Assembly (NCBI GenBank): GCA_951406725.2
Contig: OX597815.1
Coordinates: 194,184,001-194,248,000 of the forward strand
From: Octopus vulgaris
Taxonomy: Eukaryota
Reading direction: 5' to 3'
DNA: 64,000 nt
Of this stretch, positions 53,563 through 64,000 are shown one piece after another; position 1 is the stretch's first letter, and each line of letters starts with the position of its first letter. The translations under genes and the position numbers were made by a program. The notes beneath the pieces are model-generated. The model saw only the letters and a program-made list of their open reading frames with translations, searched no databases and was not told where the DNA came from.

Positions 53563-54209
53563 CAGAAGGCTTTGATCGGCCCGAGGCTATAGTAGAAGAT
53601 ATACTTTTCTTCATTGTAGTGTTCTTCAATTTTTAAGACGGTAGAATGTGATTTGAGGGGTATTTGGCTACGATTTCTAATAGGTTGAGTTTTTGTGAAA
53701 CAGCTCTCTACTTGGCTCTATTAGTATGATGTTGTTGTTGTTGTTGTTTTTTGGATCCAAATCAGCGTCGATGGAATTGATCTTTGATCGTGTGAAGTCT
53801 ACTTTGTTGGCTAGCATGGCATTTTTAAAAAAATACATCAAGTAATAGATTCACATGTAAGAATCGAAATTCTCACAAAACATCAAGCGTATCGATTCCA
53901 GTATTCGAGGTTGCAGGAGAGGACGATGAGTTTGTGCATGCTATGGATTCTCCGCCTCTAACCGGGACTAATTAATTAAAACAACAACAGCAACAACACC
54001 AAACAAACAAACAAAAAACAATTGCAAAAGCTTAGATTAGCTGATGAGCTGATTTCGCCTCGACGTCTCTCGTCAATCAATTCAATTTATTAACGATATT
54101 GATAAATATTTCTTGAAGTCGCAAATAACCAAATGAAAGCACGGATTGTTTGGCGTCTTCAAAGGTTAAGATAATTAAGAAAGATCGAAAGCAAGAATAG
54201 GTAGTGTGT

Positions 54210-54250
<41 letters not shown>

Positions 54251-54915
54251 TGTGTGCGTGTGAATGAAAGAGAGAGAGACAGAGAGGGAGAGAGAGAGAC
54301 AGAGAGGGAGAGAGAGAGGGGGGGAGACGGTGAGAGGGTGAGAGAGAGAGAGCAAAAGGGAGAAACAGAATCAGAAAGATAGAACATGAGAGAGAAGAGA
54401 GTAAGAGAGAGTGAGGAAGAGAGAAAAAGAGAGAATGCAAAGACTGAGAGTGAAAGAAAAGAGACAAAAAAAAACAACAAAAAGTGTGGTATAAAGTGAG
54501 AAGTATGGCACTAAATTGAAAACCAATGCACGTACTGAAGTCATTGAGTCGTCTCACACGAAAATATAACACATAACCCGTTACTACAAGCTTCTGAGTT
54601 CAAATATCACCGGATTCGGCTTTGTCTCATTGCTTTAGAAGCTTGATGAAATAATGTACACAAATCGATATAATAAATTGTACTATTTTAAGTAAAAGTT
54701 ATATATATATAAAATGTTCTCTTCGAATTTAAAAGTTATACATGATCTCTTCACACACACACACACACACACACTACCGCGTATCTGAAACAAATGACGT
54801 GGCACTCCATCGCTTACGACGACGAAGGTTCCAGTTTATCCGATCAACGGAACAGCCTGCTCGTGAAATTAACGTGCAAGTGGCTGAGCACTCCACAGAC
54901 ACTTGTACCCCTTAA

Positions 54916-55401
54916 TTACATGCATAAGATCTGGTCATCAAATCTAAGTAGAGACTTCAAACTTGAAATCTTCAAAGCCACAGTCGAACCAATTCTACTG
55001 TATGGCTCAGAAAACTGGACGTTATCAAAGAAGCTTGAGAGGCAGTTGGATGGAACCTACACTCGCCTCCTAATGAGAGCTCAAAATCTCTCGTGGAAGC
55101 GCCATCCAACCAAAATGCAAATATATGGGAAACTACCACCTGCATCATCTCTTGTGAAAGGTAGAAGAGTCCAGTTTGCTGGACATTGTTGTAGAGCTGA
55201 AAACGAGGTCATTTCTACTCTTCTCCTCTGGAAGCCATCTACTCGTGATACCAGAGGGCGCACACTCTCCTACCCTGATGTAATCTCCAGGGATACAGGC
55301 ATCCAGCAACAGGACCTCCGTAATGTTATAATGGACCGTGAAGTCTGGCGTAGCATGGTAAATTCCATTGTCTCGACCACGGTCGAACAATGATGATGAT
55401 G
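54916..55401 (+). mobile_element. RTE-clade LINE 3' fragment inserted into a SINE
   Basis: ORF ...KIWSSNLSRDFKLEIFKATVEPILLYGSENWTL...FAGHC; (TGA)n tail; 9-bp TSD ACCCCTTAA at 54907-54915 and 55402-55410. Confidence 0.88.
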
Positions 55402-56543
55402 ACCCCTTAACGTAGTTCTCGGGGGATATTCAGCGTGACACAGAATGTGACAAGGAAGACTGGCCCCTTTGAATTACAGGCACAACAGAAACAGGAAGTA
55501 AGAGTGAGAGAAACTTGGCAAATTAGTTCTGATGATCCTCCTCCCCCTCTTTCATACTACCAGCCTTCTTGTATCTTTAATTTTTGTATTTGAGTAATAG
55601 AACTGTCTTAATCAAGCTTCTATATACCGTGTGTGATGCTCAATTTAAACAAATAAACAAGCAAAATGATCCACAACAACAGACAAGTACATGAAAGACC
55701 TCTGTCTATATATATATATATTTCTAAAATAACAGATTAAAACATAAAACGAAAAATATAATTTCGGCATGAAAAAAACAAACAAACAAGCAAAAAAGAA
55801 CCAAAACAGAAAACTACCCCAACTTACAAAATAAGGAAGAAAACATGTAAAACAGTTAAAATAAAAAAAAGCAAGAAGACAAATTAGATCAGTCGGTGAT
55901 TTGATAAACAAGACGAAGGCGTGAAGAACGTAAAGAAAAAGATAACAAGCATTTTAAAATTCAGAACATCGAGAAGAACTATTCATTAATTCTCTCTCAA
56001 TCTCTCTCTCTCTCGTTCACACTTTCTCATTCTTCTTCCCTCTCTCCCCCCTCTCTCTCTCTCTCTATATATATCTATCTATCTCTGTGTGTGTGTATGT
56101 ATGTATGTATTTATGTATGTATGTATGTATGTATGTATGTATGTATGTATGTATGTATGTATGTATGTATGTATGTATGTATGTATGTATGTATGTATGT
56201 ATGTATGTATGTATGTATGTATGTATATATGTATGTATGTATGCATGTATGTATGTATGTATGTATGAATGTAAGTATGTATGTATGTATGTATGTATGT
56301 ATGTATGTATGTATGTATGTGTGTATGTGTGTATGTATGTATGTGTGTGTGTGTATGTGTGTGTGTGTGTTTACACGCATATACACGTCTAACTTCATTG
56401 ATAATGTATATTTAGCTAAACTTTTCGACATTTCTCCGAGATGATTTTTTATACATACATACATACAAGCAAACGTATCTATCTCTGTCTGTCTGTCTGT
56501 CTGCCTGTTTCTGTCAGTCTGTCTGTCTCTCTCTCTCTCAATA

Positions 56544-56604
<61 letters not shown>

Positions 56605-57589
56605 GCACACACATAAGTGGTATCAGTCAATTCTTGCAGGCTACGGAGATCACATGTGAAAGAGGAGTATGAAGACTACATTTGCAATGAATGTGAGATC
56701 CAGCTTCGAACCTCTTAGATATCTTTTAAAGACAGATTATGAAACCAAATTGGCCTAAAGCGCCCGAAAATCTGTTAATGAGCTTTTACAAACCTTCTGC
56801 CATTTTTAAGTAACAAACTGGATCATCAGCAAACAACAGTAATTTACCTATTTCTTTACTACCCACAAGGGGATAAACACTGAGGGGACAAACAAGGACA
56901 GACAAACGGAATAAGACGATTATATCGATCCCAGTGCGTAACTGGTACTTATTTAATCGACCCCGAAAGGATGAAAGGCAAAGTCGACCTCTATAGGAGA
57001 CGTTTTGGTACAGAAGTTATTTTACGACTTATGATATACTCTGAAAATTTCTGAAACCTTTACCAAACTAAAGGTGGTGAGCTGGCAGAAACGTTAGCAC
57101 GCCGGGCGAAATGCTTAGCGGTATTACGTCTGCTGTTACGTTCTGAGTTCAAATTCCGTCGAGGTCGACGTTGCCTTTCATCCTTTCGGGGTCGATAAAT
57201 TAAGGACCAGTTACATACTGGGGTCGATGTAATCGACTTAATACCTATGCCTGTCCTTGTCTGTCTTCTCTGTGTTTAACCCCTTGTGGGTAGTAAAGAA
57301 GTAGGTATTATGTCTGCCGCTACGTTCTGAGTTCAAATTCTGCCGAGGTCGACTTTGCCTTTCATCCTTTCGGGGTCGATAAATTAAGTACCAATTACGC
57401 ACTGGGGTCGATGTAATCGAGTTAATCCCGTTGTCTCTCCTTGTTTGTCCCCTCTATGTTTAGCCCCTTGTGGGCAATGAAGAAATAAGAAATAAGAAAC
57501 CTTTGCCAAACTATTCGAGTGAAAATTTTATAGACCATAAAATATGTCCTTATAATTAATGATTTTTAAAATCACTTGCCACTACCGGC

Positions 57590-57900
57590 TTAGTCTCTAT
57601 CCAATGAAAATATTGATCCCTGTATTCCCTGTAGAACTGCACCCTTTTCCCAATATCGTTTGGAGAGTTTGTGGAGGTGTTCCATGAAAACTGGCTTGGC
57701 ACTTTTCAAAAGCTCAGTTGCATACGATCTTTTTCCGGGACTTTGTGTGGTAAGTAGCTTGCTTAGCAACCACATGGTTCCAAGTTCAGTCCCACTGCGT
57801 GGCACCTTGGGCAAGTGTCTTCTACTATAGCCTCGGGCCGACCAAAGCCTTGTGAGTGGATTTGGTAGACGGAAACTGAAAGAAGCCTGTCGTATATATG

Positions 57901-57932
<32 letters not shown>

Positions 57933-57974
57933 TGTATGTATGTATGTATGTATGTATGTATGTATGTATGTATG

Positions 57975-58025
<51 letters not shown>

Positions 58026-59740
58026 ATATGTATGTGTGTCTGTGTTTCCCTCCCAACACAACATCGCTTGACAACCGATGCTAGTGTGTTTACGTCCCCG
58101 TAACTCAGCGGTTCGGCAAAAGAGAACCGATAGAATAAGTACTAGGCTTACAAAGAATAAGTCCTTGAGTCGATTTGCCTGACTAAAGGCGGTGCTCCAG
58201 CATGGCCACTGTCAAATGACTGAAACAAGTAAAAGAGTATAACCTCGATGAGTTACTCTGTTATAAGGAATTCTTCGATTTTGGACTCAACCGTGAATCG
58301 TTTAATAGTTTCGAGAATAGATTGGTGGACAACATTCTCCTTCTTGAGTAATGGTCAGTGGAATGTTCTACCCATCCCTCCTCTGTTCGGATATGCCTGT
58401 GATTGTGGCTTTATATTTGGTCTTTAACGCTGTTGCAGTTTTCACGATGTTTGTTGCTTGGAGTGACAGCTTTCATTGTACTTTTGGAACTCCGTCGATT
58501 ACGACGGCGAGGGTTCCAGTTGATCCGATCAACGGAACAGCCTGTTTGAGAAATTGCCGGGCAAGTAGCTGAGCACTTCACAGACACGCGTGCTCTTAAC
58601 GTAGCTCTCAGGAAGATTCAGGGTGCCATAGAAGATGACAAAGCTGGTCTGTTGAAATACAGGTACTACTCATGTTTGCCAGCCTAGCGGACCGGAGCAT
58701 TGTGAAATAAAAAGTCTTGCTCAAGGACATAACACATCACCGGGTATCGAACGCACAACCTTACTATCATTAGCCGAGAACCCTAACAACTAAACCACGC
58801 ACCTACATACTTATTTCTTTACTACCTACAAGGGGCTAAACATAGAGGGGGACAAGCAAGGACAGACAAACGGATTAAGTCGATTACATCGAACCCAGTG
58901 TGAAACTGGTACTTTATTTATCGACTCCGAAAGGATGAAAGGCAAAGTCGACCTCGGCGGAATTTGAACTCAGAACGTAACGGCAGACGAAATACTGCTA
59001 AGCATTTCACTCGGCTTGCTAACGATTCTGCTAGCTAACCGCCTTAGAAACTTGTTCCAATGTTCTCTTCGTCTTAATTAAACTGCCTGGTAAAGAAGCT
59101 GTCTTCCGAACCACATGTTTCCAGGTTCACTCCCACTGCGTGGCACCTTGGCTAACCGCCTACATACTTTCTCTGTACTACACTGAATACCACAGTTTCT
59201 TTGATATTGCCTTGTGGCTTAGAGCTGCAGAGACTGATCCAGTAATCGCTAATATACATTCTTAACATTATCTGAACTCTATTTGAAGGTGTTTTAAGTA
59301 TTTGGTGCTTCTCTGTAAACAACAAGGCTTAAAGCATATTGAGTTGGGAAGCACTGAGGGAATCTAACCTATTTAAATTGAATGAGTACCAATCGTTGTA
59401 CAGCAGATCTTTAGTTCTTACAAAAGCCACAGCAACAGTATGAATGTTTATTTTGAGTTTGTCCCAAGGCCGAACTATATTTCATGTTCTACAGTTTCTC
59501 TGAAACGCAGATAAAAGCAATGTATTGAATCGAAGTAGACAGGCTTCTTGATTTTCATTCATTATTAAATCTCTGCACAATTCTCGGAAACGTTACGACT
59601 GACCTTGACCTTGCCTAAAACAGTCGTCACCTAAAAACAGGAGCCGAATCTGGAATTAAAGTCGCTGAATATTCTTTTTCTAGGAACTGTTGATGAGCCT
59701 GTTCGGTTGGCTGAAGAAATTTTCATTAACGTATCATAGT
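57590..59740 (-). mobile_element. Old RTE-like LINE remnant interrupted by several SINEs
   Basis: [38 protein letters not shown] resembles the RTE RT N-terminus (APG.D....E..K......L..L....W..G.VP). Confidence 0.45.
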
Positions 59741-60909
59741 AGTGAGTGAACTGGCACTGGCAGAAACGTTAGCACGCCGGGCGAAATGCTTAGCGGTATT
59801 TCGTCTGTCGCTACGTTCTGAGTTCAAATTCCGCCGAGGTCGACTTTGCCTTTCATCCTTTCGGGGTCGATTAAATAACTACCAGTTACGCACTGGGGTC
59901 GATGTAATCGACTTAATCCGTTTGTTTGTCCTTGTTTGTCCTCTCTGTGTTTGGCCCCTTGTGGGTAGTAACGAAATAGGTATTTCGTCTGCCGCTACGT
60001 TCTGAGTTCAAATACCGCCGAGGTCGACTTTGCCTTTCATCCTTTCGGGGTCGATAAATTAAGGACCAGTAACGCACTGGGGTCAATATAATCGACTTAA
60101 TATGCTTGTCTGTTCTTGTTTGACCCCTCTGTGTTTAGCCCCTTGTGGGTAGTAAAGAAATAGGTATCATAGTAGTGAGTATGGAAGGGCAGAGTCACAA
60201 ATCCGATATCGTGCTTATGAATTTTATCTTAAATGATGCCGTTACCAGAAAAATCAGTCTTCTGTATACATGAGAGACGTTTGACCATTAGATCAAAGCA
60301 ATCTTTCAAATTTCTCTTTTCATTTCTGAAACTTCGTCCTTACCAGCAAGAATTGTATGTTGGCAACGTTGTAAGAATATAGAAACTTCGAAAGAACGTG
60401 AAATAATTCGTTTTAACGGTTGAATTCGAAGTAGATAAAACTATAAATAATATTGTAAAAATAGGAATCGAAGGCTACTCTTGATAGAAGAGCTGTCGTG
60501 TTTACAGATATTAATTCGAGTCGTACGGTAAGCCGCCAACATTCTCTATTGAAAGGAATTTTTAAATCCAATATATACACGCTGTTATTTATAGCTTTAT
60601 CTACTTCGGGTTCAACCACTAAAAACGTATTACACACGCACACAGACAAGGATAGATGCGGCCGATCTAAGGCGGCGAGCTGGCAGAAACGTTAGCACGC
60701 TGGGTGAAATGCTTAGCGGTATTTCGTCTGCCGTTACGTTCTGAGTTCAAATTCCGCCGAGGTCGACCTTGCCTTTCATCCTTTCGGGGTCGATTAAATA
60801 AGTACCAGTTACGCACTGGGGTCGATATACTCGATTTAATACCTATGTCTGTCTTTGTCCCTTCTATGTTTAGTCCCTTGTGGGTAATAAAGAAATAGAC
60901 CGGTCTAAG

Positions 60910-61064
60910 GGGTTACCCTGTATTTCACGTCCATATAGCGCTTAGCTTTACAGCGATTCTTCAGACCCTAAAACCAGTTGGCCTATGGCCTCTCTAGCAA
61001 GTGACCTCTCTGAAGAAACGCTGTAAACCTAAGCGCTTTATGGACGTGAAACCCAGGGTAACCC
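60910..61064. ncRNA. Inverted pair of hammerhead-like motifs
   Basis: Minus arm GGGT-CTGAAGA...GAAA-TACAGG-GTA-ACCC; plus arm CTGAAGA...GAAA-CCCAGG-GTA-ACCC; each arm imperfect. Confidence 0.45.
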
Positions 61065-61871
61065 AACAGACAGGTCATATCTATTTTTGTCCATAAACTC
61101 TGCTGCTCTGTAACTTAAAGTGTGCTTCTCTTTCGGATTTACGATTTACTGAAGATACACACACACATACACACGTACACACACAAACACACACAATGAG
61201 CTTATTTCTGTTTCCATCAACGAAATCCATTCACAAGGCTTTGGTCGGATCGGGGCTTTGGTCGGATCGATACTTGCCCAAGGTGCTACGCAGTGGGAGT
61301 GAACCTGGAAACATGTGGTTCGGAAGAAAGCTTCTTTATCAGGCAGTTTAATTCAGACGAAGAGAACACTGGATGTTGCAATATTCATGATTCTCAGAGA
61401 CAAGAGTTAACGGAAGAGGAGAGAAAAGAATCAAATCCAGAACAAAACAGTAATTTTCTTAGGAAATTATTTAATAATTCCTCGTAACACCCTCAGAGTC
61501 AAATCAATTCTTTCGCATTCTCTCTCACGCATTCCCTCATTCCCTCATTCACTTATTATTATTATTATCATTAAGAATGGCAAGCAGGCAGAATCATTAG
61601 CCCACCAGACAAAATGTCTTGTAGCATCTCCTCCAGTTCTTTAAATGTTGAACTTAAATCCCACCTAATTCAACTTTTCTCTTTTACTCTTTTACTTGTT
61701 TCAGTCATTTGACTGTGGCCATGCTGGAGCACTGCCTTTAGTCGAGCAAATCGACCCCAGGACTTATTCTTTGTTAGCCTAGTACTTATTCTATCGGTTC
61801 ACTTTTGCCGAACCGCTAAGTTACGGGTACGCAAACACACCAGCATCGGTTGTCAAGCGATGTTGGGGGGA

Positions 61872-61942
<71 letters not shown>

Positions 61943-61975
61943 ACGCACACACAGATATATATATACATATATAGT

Positions 61976-62280
61976 GGAGGCGCAATGGCCCAGTGATTCG
62001 GGCAGCGGACTCACGGTTGTAGGATCGCGGTTTCGATTCCCAGACCGGGCGTTGTGAGTGTTTATTGAGCGAAAACACCTTAAGCTCCACGAGGCTCCGG
62101 CAGGGAGTGGTGGCGATCCCTGCTGTACTCTTTCGCAACAACTTTCTTTCTTCTGTTGGCCTGCTCGCTTAGCCAGCGGGGTGGCGTCATTTGAAGGCTA
62201 AAACAATGCGAAGTGCATTGTAACCAGCGATGTGTAGCAACAACTGATAGCCTGGTCGGTCACGGTGATCACGGTGATAT
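61976..62280 (+). mobile_element. Family C SINE nested inside a family A SINE
   Basis: GGAGGCGCAATGGCCCAGTG head; tail GGTCACGGTGATCACGGTGATAT; flanked by the two halves of a minus-strand family A copy. Confidence 0.82.
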
Positions 62281-64000
62281 ATACATATATACGACGGGCT
62301 TCTTTCAGTTTCTGTCTACCAAAATCCACTCACAAGGCTTTGGTCGACCCGAGGCTGTAGAAGAAGACACTTACCCAAGGTGCCACGCAGTGGGAATGAA
62401 CCCGGAACCATGTGGCTGGTAAACAAGCTACTTACCACACAGTCACTCCTTTAGAGAAAGCAATGCGAATCGCATTGTGACCAGCGATGTGTAGCAACAT
62501 CTGATAGCCTGGTCGGACACGGTGATCACGGTGATATATACATATATATACGACGGGCTTCTTTCAGTTTCTGTCTACCAAAATCCACTCACAAGGCTTT
62601 GGTCGACCCGAGGCTGTAGAAGAAGACACTTACCCAAGGTGCCACGCAGTGGGAATGAACCCGGAAACATGTGGTTGGTAAACAAGCTACTTACCACACA
62701 GTCACTCCTTTAGAGAAAGCAATGCGAATCGCATTGTGACCAGCGATGTGTAGCAACATCTGATAGCCTGGTCGGACACGGTGATCACGGTGATATATAC
62801 ATATATATACGACGGGCTTCTTTCAGTTTCTGTCTACCAAAATCCACTCACAAGGCTTTGGTCGACCCGAGGCTGTAGAAGAAGACACTTACCCAAGGTG
62901 CCACGCAGTGGAATGAACCCGGAAACATGTGGTTGGTAAACAAGCTACTTACCACACAGTCACTCCTTTAGAGAAAGCAATGCGAATCGCATTGTGACCA
63001 GCGATGTGTAGCAACATCTGATAGCCTGGTCGGACACGGTGATCACGGTGATATATACATATATATACGACGGGCTTCTTTCAGTTTCTGTCTACCAAAA
63101 TCCACTCACAAGGCTTTGGTCGACCCGAGGCTGTAGAAGAAGACACTTACCCAAGGTGCCACGCAGTGGGAATGAACCCGGAAACATGTGGTTGGTAAAC
63201 AAGCTACTTACCACACAGTCACTCCTTTAGAGAAAGCAATGCGAATCGCATTGTGACCAGCGATGTGTAGCAACATCTGATAGCCTGGTCGGACACGGTG
63301 ATCACGGTGATATATACATATATATACGACGGGCTTCTTTCAGTTTCTGTCTACCAAAATCCACTCACAAGGCTTTGGTCGACCCGAGGCTGTAGAAGAA
63401 GACACTTACCCAAGGTGCCACGCAGTGGGAATGAACCCGGAAACATGTGGTTGGTAAACAAGCTACTTACCACACAGTCACTCCTTTAGAGAAAGCAATG
63501 CGAATCGCATTGTGACCAGCGATGTGTAGCAACATCTGATAGCCTGGTCGGACACGGTGATCACGGTGATATATACATATATATACGACGGGCTTCTTTC
63601 AGTTTCTGTCTACCAAAATCCACTCACAAGGCTTTGGTCGACCCGAGGCTGTAGAAGAAGACACTTACCCAAGGTGCCACGCAGTGGGAATGAACCCGGA
63701 AACATGTGGTTGGTAAACAAGCTACTTACCACACAGTCACTCCTTTAGAGAAAGCAATGCGAATCGCATTGTGACCAGCGATGTGTAGCAACATCTGATA
63801 GCCTGGTCGGACATGGTGATCACGGTGATATATACATATACATACGACGGGCTTCTTTCAGTTTCTGTCTACCAAAATCCACTCACAAGGCTTTGGTCGA
63901 CCCGAGGCTGTAGAAGAAGACACTTACCCAAGGTGCCACGCTGTGGGACTGAACCCGGAACCATGTGGCTGGTAAACAAGCTACTTACCACACAGTCACT
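62205..64000. repeat. ~259-bp tandem array built from a SINE C tail plus an inverted SINE A head, ~7 units
   Basis: GTGATCACGGTGATATATAC recurs at ~62522, 62781, 63039, 63298, 63557, 63816; internal units are almost identical. Confidence 0.93.

Noticed and set aside
62522-63748. Four identical 63-aa ORFs as a tandem gene family
   Set aside because: Chance frames within the SINE-derived 259-bp repeat
50023-64000. Upstream exons of the spondin gene
   Set aside because: No minus-strand segment with Spondin_N N-terminal motifs and splice sites was recognised; they probably lie beyond the window

Overview
Eukaryotic, AT-rich and very repeat-dense DNA. The SINE families and dense (TA)n/(CA)n/(TATG)n microsatellites look like an octopus/cephalopod genome (inference). 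Two spliced genes lie tail-to-tail. On + are the last four coding exons of PIGS (GPI transamidase subunit; 634-11373). On - are the last two coding exons of a spondin-2/mindin-like gene (Spondin_N + TSP1; 50022-49482 and 28496-28219) separated by a ~21 kb intron. The rest is transposon-derived: at least four SINE families, a ~2.9 kb R4/Dong-like RLE retrotransposon sitting in (TAA)n, RTE fragments, an internally deleted mariner, Penelope-like remnants, MITEs and minisatellites. The most notable observation is three Pol III RNA/retroposon fusions inside the spondin intron: two U6 snRNA copies each joined to the 5' end of a different SINE family, with candidate target-site duplications, and a tRNA-Gly with its terminator joined to a LINE/SINE-type tail. 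Also notable are several type I hammerhead-ribozyme motifs in Penelope-like foldback fragments, a TSD-bounded non-coding RTE-like retroposon with no tRNA head, and a nascent 259-bp satellite built from a SINE-SINE junction. Most ORFs in the supplied track are microsatellite or SINE artefacts.
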